Shown one piece after another: positions 1 to 14,600 of a stretch of 64,000 nucleotides of DNA; the first letter of the stretch is position 1, and every line of letters begins with the position of its first letter. A program made the translations under genes and the position numbers. The notes under the pieces were generated by a model. The model worked only from the letters and a program-made list of their open reading frames with translations. It was not told the origin of the DNA and searched no databases. Source of the DNA: Eledone cirrhosa (taxonomy: Eukaryota); NCBI GenBank assembly GCA_964016885.1, contig OZ024753.1:19096001-19160000 (forward strand), read 5' to 3'.

Positions 1-360
1 AAACTCTGATATAACACCTGCAACCCTGATGGTATCCAATGATGTTGACTTGTTCTTCTTTTTGGTAAATATCATCTTGGTTAAGAGAGTGGGACTGGCT
101 TTGTGCAATGCCTTTGCTCACTATAAAAGCTTCACGGCACAGGCATTGCTTTATATCTGGAGATCTCTCTGCACTTGTCGTCACATGGTACCATGGGGCC
201 AGCACTATGTGTCAATAGTTGTCACAAGTGTAGTGTTTGTACCAGAGTTTTCAAGTCGCTAGCTGGACTAAAAAGTCACAGTCTTTCAGCGCATCAGTAG
301 GGGTTCTCCTACATGGATATAGAGTAGTGGCCGTACTCGAAAACGAGTTGGCAGCCACCA
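1..360 (+). mobile_element. RTE-derived bipartite SINE-like element (family A), copy cut by window start
   Basis: Near-identical to copies at 548, 11118, 15816 and 26532. 223-294 translates to a C2H2 finger remnant [24 protein letters not shown]. Terminal hairpin ACTCG-AAAA-CGAGT precedes a (TA/TATG)n tail. Confidence 0.75.
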
Positions 361-547
361 TATATATATGTATGTATCTATATATATGTATGTATATATA
401 TATATATGTATGTATATATATATGTATATATATATATATGTATACATATACATATATGTATGTATATATACATATATGTATGTATGTTGGCCATCCAATG
501 GCCATGCAATGGCCATCCAATGGCCATCCAAAATCACTGGGAGAGCT

Positions 548-1071
<524 letters not shown>

Positions 1072-1094
1072 GTATATATATACATATATGTATG

Positions 1095-1134
<40 letters not shown>

Positions 1135-1135
1135 T

Positions 1136-1299
1136 GTACCGTGGGCCCAGCACTATGTGTCACAAGTGTAGTGTTTGTACCAGAGTTTTCAAGTCTCTGG
1201 CTGGACTAAAAAGTCACACTCGTTCAGCGCATCGGAAGAGGTTCTCCTACATGGATATAAAATAGTGGCCGTACTCGAAAACGAGTTGGCAGCCACCAT
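1136..1299 (+). mobile_element. Family A, 5'-truncated copy
   Basis: Only the 3' ~160 bp is present, between TA tracts. Confidence 0.75.
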
Positions 1300-1300
1300 G

Positions 1301-1344
<44 letters not shown>

Positions 1345-1524
1345 TGTATAAATATATACATATATGTATATATATATATATACATATATGTATATATATA
1401 TATATATATAAGTTGAAACAAAATGAAAACGAAATTTCATCTCTCACTCTTTTCACGGCACTTACTTAAATGTAAGTACGTGTGTATACGTACATACATA
1501 TATGTATAAAGACGTACAGTAGCA

Positions 1525-1618
<94 letters not shown>

Positions 1619-1702
1619 AAGTTATATTTAGAATTGTTGGGTTACAACTAGTAAATATTTATAACTGATATAAAAGCACTCGACAAATACTTGGAGTATA
1701 TT

Positions 1703-2143
<441 letters not shown>

Positions 2144-2409
2144 TATACACACATATACATACAGGTACACATACATATATGCACATATCAGTTTAGCGGA
2201 CGCTTATTATAACGCCGCTTTTTTGTAAACAAACTGAACAGCCTGAATTTGTATGCCGTACGGTGTGAAGGCAACCACGTTACCTTTTTGTTCAACACTG
2301 ACACAGGAACGATGTACTAGTTTCAAGCTTGTTAGCTATCATCAGCACCGTATACCCATCTGCCAGATAGTTGAACGTTCGAATGTATGTATATGTGTGT
2401 ATATATATG

Positions 2410-2440
<31 letters not shown>

Positions 2441-2493
2441 GCATGCTACTGTACGTCTGTATACATATATGTATGTACGTATACACACATACT

Positions 2494-2572
<79 letters not shown>

Positions 2573-2733
2573 GTATGTATATATAAGAATTAAGATACTA
2601 GAGTGTGTTGGAGTTAAACACCCTCTTCATATTATAGAAATGACAGTATAGGATATAGCTCAATGTAATTAAACAGAGCCGAAGAATTATAAAAAATAAA
2701 CCAAAGAAGCCTTCAATACATCAAAACTCTTTA

Positions 2734-2776
2734 TTAGCCAACAATGTTTCGTCCTATTAAGGACTCATCAGGGCAA
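2734..2776 (-). ncRNA. Minimal type I hammerhead ribozyme
   Basis: Minus strand: GCC-CTGATGA-GTCC-TTAATA-GGAC-GAAAC-ATT-GTT-GGC, followed by AATAAA. Confidence 0.8.
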
Positions 2777-4149
2777 GTAAAGCTACAAGAAGCACTATCG
2801 GCCAATACAAGCCAAACACTCAGAAGAATATGGAGTATACATCTATTAAAGCTTAGGAAAGATATCAAGGAAAAGTTGTCTAAGATTAAGAGTGAGCAGT
2901 TACAAACATAGATATGGACCAAATAGCAAGGAATTGATTAACACGTTGAACCCACACTGCAAATATTGTATAATGCAAAAACTTGAAACACAAATGGTAA
3001 TATAATGCGAGTATAATATAATATAATAGATGGTGATAATAAAAAGCTTAATATATGTATATATATACATACATCTCTATACATATACATATTAGTACAA
3101 ATACAAACTAAAACTTATTAAGTATTTAAATATATATATATATATTGTTTACAGTATAATATAATAAAGATAAAAATAAAAATAAAATATAATATGTAAT
3201 TCCCTGTCAGTGTGCATAAACAATATAGAAACATTATAATAACATTATAATAACAATATTATAATATATTGGCATCAAAAGATATACAAAATTACATCAT
3301 ACATATAATTTAAGGTTAACAAATAGTATAAAGTTTTACACAGGGTAAGACAAAATCACATAGAAATAAATTGTGTTGAAAAAATTGTGTTGAAAAAATA
3401 TCTATACCATTGTAACAAATACACGGAGGTCAAGTCATTTTACATTGGCATAAATATTACCAAAATATCACAAAATATTACAAAATATATTTACGTGGTT
3501 GACATACAGACATATATTAATGAAATTACATGGCCAGACAAACAGCGTGTGGTAGTAAAAATAAATAAAATAAACGGAAGATCGAAAAACAAAAACAAGT
3601 ATATTTACTTAGGTGTCACAAGCGGTTAACTAAAAGAAAAAAGATAGAAATGTAGACCAGAGAGTTGACTAGAAAAACCTTTTTAAATTAATTAATATTA
3701 AAAGTATTTAAAATACATATTTAGTCATTTGAAAATTGGCTATTGTTTAAGTCATCATCACCGTATAAGTTTAAGATATCTCAATAAAATTATCAAGAAT
3801 AGAGTAAAATATGCTTCGTTCAGTCGAATGACGTTATCAAATAAAAGGACTCTAAATAGAACTATGGTAGACCAATGTGAACAGAAAGAAGAGAGGTTAT
3901 GGAGGATAGGAAGGAGCATAAAATTTAAATCAATATATTATATAATATCATAAAAAAAGCATAAAGGTGAAATTTATATATAGTGTAATAGAAGGGGCGG
4001 AAATTAAGTGTGTAGAGGAGGAGGTACATTAGTTGAATGAGACTCCAACCAAAGTATTTAATAAGATATAAACACATAAGGTGTTAGTAGTGAAACAATA
4101 ATAATGCTTAAGACGATAGATAAGGTATGTATGTATATATATATATATA

Positions 4150-4535
4150 TATTAATAAAAGGAATTCCAACTTTGTCTGATTTACTCGTTTTATTTACAA
4201 TCCTTTAAAATTGATGATGGTATTAGAATGAAATATTATGGTAGAATATTAAATGTTAAGTGTTAATTGAACAAGTATTTTCATGCTTTCGCAATCTTCA
4301 GGTTCATAATGTGTGGGGACAGTCAAGTTTACAATGTTCAACTGTGAGAATTGCAAACCTGACTGTCACCACACATTATGAACCTGAAGATTGCGAAAGC
4401 ATGAGAGTACTTGTACAATTAACACTTAACATTTGATATTCTACCATAGTATTTCATTCTAATAACATTATACATTTTAAAGGATTGTAAATAAAACGAG
4501 TAAATCAGACAAAGTTAGAATTCCATTTATTAATA
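4150..4535. repeat. Inverted repeat (arms ~4150-4335 / 4350-4535) in (TA)n
   Basis: Reverse-complement arms with a short spacer and scattered substitutions. Each arm carries an HHR motif. Confidence 0.9.
4268..4306 (-). ncRNA. Minimal type I hammerhead motif (twin at 4379-4417 +)
   Basis: Two-arm consensus: TGAAC-CTGAAGA-T-TGC-GAAA-GCA-T-GAAA-GTAC-TT-GTTCA. The arms carry different substitutions. Confidence 0.65.
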
Positions 4536-4556
4536 TATATTTATATATATGTATGT

Positions 4557-4670
<114 letters not shown>

Positions 4671-4755
4671 ATATATATATGTATGTATATATATACATGT
4701 ATGTATATATGTATATATATATGTATGTATATATATATATATGTATGTATATATG

Positions 4756-4843
<88 letters not shown>

Positions 4844-4998
4844 TTGGAGCTCTGAAATAACAATATATATATGGATGTATATATAATGTATTTTGCAATA
4901 CACTTAATGCTTAATTAAAAGCATTTTGAAGACCGTAAGCTATTGTTTTAAAGTAGTGACAAATTCACTCACTTTGATCTCAGCAAACAGGGGAGATA

Positions 4999-5043
4999 AG
5001 CCGACTAGGCCTTGTTTCGCTTTTGTTGAAGCTTATCAAGGCT
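4999..5043 (-). ncRNA. Type I hammerhead motif, U3-A8 core variant
   Basis: Minus strand: AGCC-TTGATAA-GCTT-CAACAA-AAGC-GAAAC-AAGGCCTA-GTC-GGCT. Confidence 0.65.
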
Positions 5044-5139
5044 AACTACTCCCTCCTGTCTGCCGGGATCACTGATGTTATATTCTTATAGAATTCTAGT
5101 AATTAATCAGGAACTGATTATACAGAGCGATTGTTGTAC

Positions 5140-6225
5140 GGTGGGAATTAGACGGAACAGCGACAGAAATTGCAACTGCCACGGCAGAGGACGCTGCCCC
5201 CTTAGAAGATACTGCTTGACTGATATGGTTATATATAGATGCACTATAACTAACCACAATAGCATTAAACATTATATAGGGGCTACCTCCGGCCCGTTCA
5301 AAATTAGGTTTTGAACACATCTCCACTCTTTCACAAATAAAAAACTAAGACACTCCATTTCGCTCGCGGACTACATCACATCACTAAAGGACTTAAACAT
5401 CAGCTTCTCCACGCACTGGGATATTGTCGGCAAGGCTGCACCGTACAACTTCAAGAGGAAATGCGATCTTTGCCTCATGGAGCTCTACCACATCATAACT
5501 GCAACTCACAAGCTCATCAACAGCAGAGCTGAAACAACGTTAAGTTGGACACATCGCTTAAAAATATCCTTCTTCAGATGGGTTAAGGATGAGGAGTGAA
5601 ACCATGCGCCGGATCTCCCTGCAACAAGTCTTAACACACCGGCAGGCAGGCGCTGCAAAATAATACGCAGGAAACTATCCTTGCATACCAGACCCAGCCT
5701 CAAACGAGTCAGATAAACAGATGCGGCATAAAAAAACTCTCAAAATAAGCGTTGTTTACATGCGTATCGCAATGGTAAGGTTGTAACCTCATCTCGTAGC
5801 GGATAAAAAATTGGTCGGGGAGAGACTGCCCTAACACCGGCCAGAGTTACCTCCCTTGACCTGTTGCAAAATCAAAACAAGCTATTTTTGCGAGCAATGA
5901 ACCTTGACGTGTGTTTAAGCCCAAAAACTCTTTCCGAGCAATGTAAGGAACACTTTTGATTATGTATGCCCTTGAGAAGCCCCATTGGGCGAAATGTACT
6001 TAGGTGCTGTTTTAAATAAACATGTTTTAACGGTCTATTCTCCGATTTCCTACTTTCCCACGTGCTTACGCTCTGCTAACTCTCTAGCCCACTAAATATT
6101 AACACTTCGAATATTTAATACTGCAGGCAGTAGTATCGAGCACCTTTGGCATACGCTACTTGGCAAATAACTATATGTATCACCTATCCTCCCCTTTTTT
6201 TCTCTCTCTCGATACCTAAATACTG
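5140..6225 (+). mobile_element. 5'-truncated Penelope-like element (Naiad-like GIY-YIG plus 3'UTR), decayed
   Basis: CNCHGRGRCPLRRYCLTDMVIYRC..HYIGATSGPFKIRF*TH..W..CDLCLMEL. One stop codon. HHR motif and AATAAA in the 3'UTR. Confidence 0.8.
5968..6007 (+). ncRNA. Minimal hammerhead motif, U3-A8 core variant, in PLE 3'UTR
   Basis: GCCC-TTGAGAA-GCCC-CATT-GGGC-GAAA-TGTACT-TA-GGTGC. Stems I and III are imperfect. Confidence 0.5.
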
Positions 6226-6265
<40 letters not shown>

Positions 6266-6283
6266 TGTATGTATATATATATG

Positions 6284-6378
<95 letters not shown>

Positions 6379-6398
6379 ATATATATATATGTATGTAT

Positions 6399-6504
<106 letters not shown>

Positions 6505-6550
6505 ATATATATATATATATATAGATATATGTATGTATGTATATATATGC

Positions 6551-6612
<62 letters not shown>

Positions 6613-6619
6613 ATATATC

Positions 6620-6650
<31 letters not shown>

Positions 6651-6657
6651 GTATATA

Positions 6658-9600
6658 GTTATCTCTTTCTCTTAATTTCGAGTATATCTTTTTTGACCGG
6701 CCACCTTCTTGGTGGCAAGGTTGTAAAAGAAAATAAATTGTCATCCCTTGAATCGCAAGAATGTTTTGCAAATGTTGAAGGTGCAAGCTCTCGCAGCAAT
6801 TTGTAGACTACGAATTAGGGAGCTGCGCTTTTTTCCGCAAATCCAAGTTCAGTCATACTTTGGTCCAAGCGGGTTGGTATATAACCCGTTGCTCCAATAA
6901 TGATGGGTATGAAGCTGAAGGTGTATCTTGGATACTGGATTTGTAAATTCCTCATCAATGGTAGATGTCCTCCTTCTCCTGTATTTTTCTGACAACGTTT
7001 ACACAAGTGGGCAGCTGATCTCCACAACAGAACACGTTTTCAATGTATGTCCCAAACAACAATATCAGGCCGGTTGTGCTTTAATTTGGTGGCAGTTTTT
7101 ATTTTCAGGTTCCACCAGTATTCCTTAGTGCCATCTCTCTCAATATTTTCTTCCTCGTTTGTGGTTAATTTTATTTTCCCAAGTGCGTTCTAGATGATTC
7201 TAGCTATCCCATCGTGTCTCATGGGGAGGTAGTAGCGAGATGACATTCTTTCGCAGCTGGCAACAATGTGGCTTACATCCTCGATCTTTGTTTTACATAG
7301 CCTACATTTATTGTCAGCTACTGGCCCTCCTCTTTTGTGCAGTAGATATTTGGTAGGGAGTTCTTGTTCCTCTATTGCATAGAGATATCCCTCAAGGTGT
7401 GATGTCATAAATCTGTCGGAACTCCATGCCAGGCTTTTTGAGTGGTTTATCCCCTCTATGGTCTGTGTTTTACGTCTCGGTATCCATGCACAAATCTTCT
7501 GTAACTTGGTCAATTTTTTTCATCTTGTTTGAACATTGAATAGGATCTTCCGATTTCTCTGGGTGAGAGATTTATATCAGGTTTTATTCCATATCTCTCC
7601 TCCAGATCAGTCGCTATTCTAATGATATTTTTCATAAACCTGGGCAAGATTGTTGCCAACATCTTTCCTCTGTTGAAGGTGTTGCTTCAGTGTTACTATC
7701 CGGGTCTCATATGTTGTTAATATGGATTTTAGACCCTGGCCACCTTCTTTGCGTGAGAAGTATAGCCTATCCACATTACCATTGATGTTAAAGTTCCCAG
7801 TAACACTGAGAAGTTTGCGAGTGCTAACATCCATCTCACTTAGTTCTTGCCATGACCAGTTCAGCAGGCCAAATGTTGGCGTTTGAATTGGCACAGCATA
7901 AGTATTGTGGGCAATGTATTTGTTGTACGCTGACAGTTCTGATGACCATATTTTCTTTACTCTTCTGAAGTATTCAGTTCTTGTTCTCTCCTTATTTATG
8001 GGTCCATCATATCTGACATTATCATCCTGTCCAAGATATCTGTAGTTGTCACCTGACTGTAGAGCTTGTATTGTCAGGCCGTTCATCTCTAGATTTCTAG
8101 AGGAGGGCACAGCTCTTCCACGTTTTACTGCCAAATATGCACACTTGGACTCACCAAATTTCATTTTGATGTCTGTTGGAAATTGTGTAATGAGGTCCAA
8201 TTGTTTCTTGACGTCATTGATATTTGGCCCATATAACTTCAGGTCATCAACAAAGAAAAGATGGGCGATACTTCTGGACCGACTTCTTTGTCCACCTTGT
8301 TTCTTGAGTAGGTAAGATAGTGGATTCAGTGAGAGAACGAAGAGTAGCACTGACAAGCTATCACCGTGAAAGATGCCCTTTTGGTAATGTATCTTATCAG
8401 TCTTAACTTGTTCTTTCTCACCTCTAAGTATCAAATTGGTGTACCAATTCTTGGTCAGGCGTTCAACAGCAGCTACCAATGGTTGTAGGACTTTGGCTAA
8501 CTGTAAAGCCTTAATAATCCACCCATGAGATACACTATCAGATGCTTTTTGATAGTCCAGCCTCACCACAGTCATGTTTCTGCGATTCTTTGTTGTTTTT
8601 TCCTGAATCATTTTATTAGTTAGTAGGTGATCTATGCAAGCCCACACCTCCCTCTTTCCACCAGCTTGTTCAAGTGTTATGATGTTGTTGGTAGCACAGT
8701 GATCCTGTAAGAACAGGTTAAGGCACCCAGTATCTAATTTATACATGATGTTTTGGCAGGCTATTGGGCGGTAATTTTTAGCAAGGGTGGTTTGGCTAGT
8801 CTGGGGAATGAGGAGAGTAGTGGCAGTTGATAACCATCTGGGCAGTTCTTGTGTGCCTTTAATGGTTTCTGTAAACAGCCGTATGTGATGTTGCCGATAG
8901 AAAGTGAAATTCTTCAACCAGTATCCTGTAATGAGGTCTGGGCCTGGTGATTTCCTATTCGACATTTTCTGTAGAGCTGTTTCCAGTATTGACCCATCTA
9001 TGTCATATTGTTTTGTCTGGACATGTTGGCAGTAGTCCTGTTCCAGTTCTTTTATCCAATTAGTTTTTCTGTCGAATCCGTCATCCGTTTCCCATACAGA
9101 TCTCCAGTAGCTCTCAACCTGTTCTTTTGAAGGGGTGTCATTTACAGGGATTGAGCTTTTGCCACCGAAGCTGCGATAAACTGATTTAGGATCTCTGGCA
9201 AATAATGTATTTAGCACTTGTCGTGTATGTGCTGTTGACTTATATTTTAGTCTTTCTGTTGTAGCTGTGAGTTGTTGTTTCAACTGGTGTAATTTGGAGT
9301 TCAAAGTTTTAAATTTTGTATCTCCACATCGTCTCTCTAACTTTTTTTTTTAGGTCTTCCTGGTGTCGTGTGAAGTTGCTCTCTATGTTGCATTTCATAA
9401 CGACAGCGATGTGTGAGCTACTTCGTCTCAGGGACAAAATGTTGCTTTTTAAATTTTGCATCCACGCTGGTTCAGGCTTTTTGTTTGTATCTTGATTGCG
9501 TGGTTTTTAGATGAGTGTTATATGATAGCAATGTGACAGCTGAAACATATTTCAAAATATTAAGCGTTTCAAATGTCGTTTCTACACCTTTAGATCGTAT

Positions 9601-10832
9601 AGCCTTCAGATAATTGCCAGCTATTTCGTTCACTGCTTCCAATTCCAATTTAGTGGGTTCTTTACTGATTCTGGTGTTGTAGGGTCTGTCACTCACATTA
9701 AGGCTGTGTATCTCTTGAAACATATCGTCCCATATCACTTGTAAGGTGTCCACAAGTTGTTGGTGTTCTGTTTGTACAGCAGAGTCATGAATTTCAGCTT
9801 CGTTGTTGATGTGGTGACAATTACTACTAGAGTTAGCTGACCTTTCTCGCTGTTCTTCAGTGGAAGTGGGATGGATTTCAGCAAAATTGTTGGTGAGGTG
9901 TTCACTGTTAGATTTAGCTGGCCATTCTCTTTGTCTGTCAGTGGAGGTGGGGTGGTTGTCTACAAGGGCTGTATTTGTAGTATCACTCAATTCCTTTAGA
10001 TGTATCAATTTACATCTAATGATACGTTTTGCCTGTTCATTTAAATGCTTTGGAGAAAAGTCTAATTCTGGGTGTTTGGAGTTCCATAAAGTTTTTAGCC
10101 TTTGCATAAAACCGAACTTTTGGGGTTCAGATTGTTTGTATGCTTCATATAATTCTTTGTTAAGCTCGTAGCTCCACTGTATACAACGGTTGTGGTTGCG
10201 ATTTGGTCGAAGGAGACTTGTACTTTTTGCATGATGAGTTCGTCTATTCACTAATATTTTGTATTTATTTTTCAAAATAGTCGATGACAAAGTTCTGTCA
10301 GAATCAAATTTAAAGTTATTCACATCTTGGGTAATATTTCTTTTCAGTTAGTTTTTAATTCTACAACGTTGTTCTTGAATCGTTTGAATCGAGAACAAAA
10401 AAACCCGTTACTTAGTATATTCCTTTATGAATGTAATATAATATAACAACGCTGTATTTATATGTTAAAGTTTATGTATCATTCATATAAATAGGTGTTC
10501 TACACTTATTCACAATATATTCACAGTTCAAACACCTATGTTTTTCTTTCTTAATCGAAAACGTTACTTGTATATTTCTTTATAAATGTAATATAACAAC
10601 GTTGCATTTATATGTTAAAGTGTATGTATCGTTCATATATCATGAGTGTATGTATCATTCATATAAATAGGTGTTTCACAACACACTTACAGTTCAAACA
10701 CTTATGTAGAATTATTGTATGTAATCTTACCGCGTAATGTAGCTCAACGTTTTACAATATATGGTATGTTGCCTCCATGTAAACCGTAATTACACACGTC
10801 CATTTATCGGACACTGACCACAACGGTCGCCA
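6658..10832 (-). mobile_element. Non-LTR retrotransposon, R4/Dong-like (RT plus C-terminal restriction-like endonuclease), frameshifted
   Basis: N-terminal WSYELNKELY..W motif (9472-10323). RT in 7619-9304 (YRPIAC, LDYQKASDSV, HGDSLS, FVDDLKLY, GGQGL). CRLC..SHIVASC zinc knuckle, PDIVVWD, PIIIGATG. Tandem duplication in the 5'UTR at ~10385-10710. Confidence 0.85.
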
Positions 10833-11024
10833 TTGTATGTATGTATGTATATATACATGTATGTATATATATATATGTATGTATATATATATATGTATGT
10901 AAGTATATATATATATATGTATGTATATAGATGTATGTATATATATATATATGTATGTATATATCTGTATGTATATATATGTATGTATGTATATATATAT
11001 ATATATGTATGTGTATGTATGTAC

Positions 11025-11066
<42 letters not shown>

Positions 11067-11117
11067 GTATATATATACATATCTATATGTATGTATATAT
11101 ATATATACATACATACA

Positions 11118-11506
11118 TTTGTCAAGGCAGAATTCTAGGAGAAGGAAAACTCTGATATAACACCTGCAACCCTAATGGTATCCAATGATGTTGATTTGTT
11201 CTTCTTTTTGGTAAATATCATCTTGGTTAAGAGAGTGGGACTGGCTTTGTGCAGTGCCTTTGCTCACTATAAAAGCTTCACAGCACAGGCATTGCTTTAT
11301 ATCTGGAGATCTCTCTGCACTTGTCATCACATGGTACCATGGGCCAAGCACTATGTGTCAATAATTGTCACAAGTGTTGTGTTTGTACCAGAGATTTCAA
11401 GTCGCTGGCTGGACTAAAAAGTCACACTCGTTCAGCGCATCGGTAGGGGTTCTCCTACATGGATATAAAGTAGTGGCCGTACTCGAAAACGAGTTGGCAG
11501 CCACCA
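11118..11506 (+). mobile_element. Family A SINE-like copy
   Basis: Aligns to 548-946 and is followed by (TA)n(TATG)n. Confidence 0.8.
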
Positions 11507-11568
11507 TATATATATATATATATGTGTATGTATGTATGTATGTATGTACATATATATGTATGTATATG

Positions 11569-11600
<32 letters not shown>

Positions 11601-11645
11601 TGTATGTATGTATGTATGTATGTATTTATGTATATATATATGTAT

Positions 11646-14600
11646 GTTCTTCTGGTTTTATAATTTCACAAAGTTTTACCAATAGAGAGAGACTCGGTTT
11701 CTAACATAGACACAAGACTGTCTCATTGGAATTTACACAACATCAACTAGGTAAATATGTATGTATGCATGCATGTGTAGATATGGATGTTATTGTGTGT
11801 GTGGATGTGTATGTTTTGAGTTGTATGTGTGCATGTGTATATGCTTTGTATCTGTACATGTGTATATGCAGTTATTAGATGCACACTTTTTGGAATGTTT
11901 TACATATTTTTACTGTTCCATTAATGGATTGTTCTTGTAATTTGGTAACTAGTTGTGTTCTTTCTGTTCCTGTGAAGCCTAGTTTCTCTAGATTTGTATT
12001 GAGGCAGTTACTAACATATCACAGTGCCCCAATAATCACAGGCATAAATCTGAAGGTGTAATCAGGGTGGAGTATCTGCAGATTTCTCATCAGTTCTGCA
12101 TAAATATTCTCCTTTTCACTAATCTTTGATATTATATTGGCATTTGCTGGACAGGTAATTTCTACTACTGTGCATGTTTTCTTCTCCCTGTCCCATATTA
12201 TAATATCTGGTCTGTTATGCTGCATTTTATTAGGGTTTTTACTGGAACATTCCGCCAGTACACTTTCATATTATGTACATGGATGTCTTCCACATTGTTG
12301 TAGCTTTTAATGTGTTTATTATCGGGGCTATCTTTTTTACGAACTGCATTGTACAGTGTTTTGGCCACTAAATCATGCTTCATAGTTAGATAGTACCGCG
12401 ATGACATCTTTGGACAGCTGCTGATGACATGGGTGATATCCTCGATATTAGTTCTGCAGCGTCTGCATTTGTTATCACATCATCTAGGTCTTTTGCCTGC
12501 ATCCCTATCTCTTTCGTGCTAATCTCCTGTTCTTGGATTGCAAAAGTGTATCCTTCAAAGTGGGAGCCAATATAGCGGTTGTTGGTCCAAGATAGACTAC
12601 TTTCCTTATCTATATTACTCTTACTCTGGAGCTTCCTGGCAACATATCCATGCATGATTTTTTGCTGATAGGCATGCAGTTTTTCATCCATGGATTCACT
12701 GCGATACTGCTGAGCGACATCCCTGGGTGTGAGTTTTGATTATCACACAGGGAATATATCTCAAGGAGTTCCTTCCCAACTCTCATGATCTTATCTGTTT
12801 CATATAGATAGACTTGCCCGAGAAGCGGGCTCCTACGCGTCGAGGTTCGTAGATGTTGTCGGAGAGATATGATGCGACATTCAAATGTTGTCTGGACTGA
12901 TGTTAGGCCTCTGCCTTCCTGCTTACGTTTCAAGTAAAGGTGGTCTATTTCACTGTTGATGTGGAAGTTTCCGGTGTTGTACAGTATTTTTCGAGTTCCA
13001 ACATCAACTGCTCGGATTTCGTCTATCGTCCAATTGAGTATTCCAAACGTTGGTGTTAGGGCAGGCACAGCAAACACATTATGAACCACTGTTTTGTTTT
13101 GTGCAGAGAGTTCCGATGACCAGATCTTTCTTAATCGGGTGTAGTATTCCCTGGTTACGCGTTCTTTATTACAGATACCATTATAGGATATGTTCTCATC
13201 TATCCCCAGGTATCTGTAGCAGTCCTCATCAGATATCGGTGAAACAGTTAGACCTTTGATGACAATGTTGCTAGATTGGGTTGTTGTTTTTCCCCGCTTT
13301 ACAGTCATATATGAGCATTTATACAGGTCAAACTCCATTCCTATATCCTTTGAGAACGTTCTAACCAGGTCAAGATTTTTCTTCATCCCATCCATGTTCT
13401 TGGCATAGAGTTTCAGATCGTCCACAAAGAAGTTATGGGATAGGTTCGTATTTCTGTCCTCCTGAAGCCAATGATGTATCCCTCACATTTCTTGAGCAGA
13501 AAAGGACAAGGGGTTTAATGAAAATATGAACAATATCACAGAGAGACTGTCCCCCTGAAATATACCCCTGCAATATTTTATTTTATCAGTGAAAATAGTG
13601 TCCTCCCTCTCTGTCTTTAATCTTAGGATAGTAGCCCAAGAAGAAGACAGCCTCTCTATGGCTCTGACAATTATGTCTGGGACTTTAGCAAGTTGGAGGG
13701 CCTCTATCATCCAAGAGTGGGGAACAGAATCGAAACCTTTCTTGTAGTCCAGCCAGACTGTAATCATATTCCTCCTAAGTTGTCGCACCTCCGATATCGT
13801 AATTTTGTTGATTAGGAGTTGTTCAGCACATCCCCAAACCCCTTTCTTTCCAGCTGCTTGTTTATCAGTGATGATGTTATTATTTTCACAGTGATCTTAG
13901 AGGAATAGGTTCAAGCAGGCTATATACATCTTATACATCAGGTTCTGGCATGCAATGGGTCGGTAGTTTTTTGCCAAGTTGGTGTCTTTGTTCTTGGGGA
14001 CCAGTAACGTTTGTGCTAATGTCAACCATTCTGGTATATGTGTATCTCCCTTAAGAACTTGTTGGTAGAGGTCAGTAAGATACCTCCGATAGAATATCAG
14101 TTTTTTGTACCAGTAGCCGACAATCATGTCTCTTCCTGGTGTTTTCTTATCTTGGAGTTTTCCTATAACAGTCTCAAGGGTACCCTCACTTATTTCATAT
14201 GTTTTTGTTGTAGTGTAGGAGCAATAGTTCTTTCGGATTTCTCTTAGCCACACTGCATCTTGGTTGAAATTCTCCTTTTCACCCCATATTTTTCTCCAAA
14301 AGGAATCTATCTTTCTGGGATGGGGCCTCAGTGGCACTTATTATTTTGCCCTTCATATCTCGATAGACTGATATTTGGTTTCGTCTGAATCTTTTATTAA
14401 GCATTTTTCTCTCATCTGCCTTCTTCAGGTATCGGTGTTTTTCGCTAACAGCTCTCAATTCTTGTTTGAGGGTGATCAGCTTATATTGGAGAGTTCTGGT
14501 TCTACTGTTACCAAACATCGTCTCTATTTTATTTTCACTCTTTTTTGGTGACGAGTGAGGTTTTTTTGTGTTTGTTTGCAAGTAAGGAGCATTGTCACAT

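Noticed and set aside
5312-5314. In-frame TGA in a Naiad-like endonuclease as selenocysteine
   Set aside because: It is not at a conserved Cys position, and the intact ORF uses Cys codons. Most likely a decay mutation.
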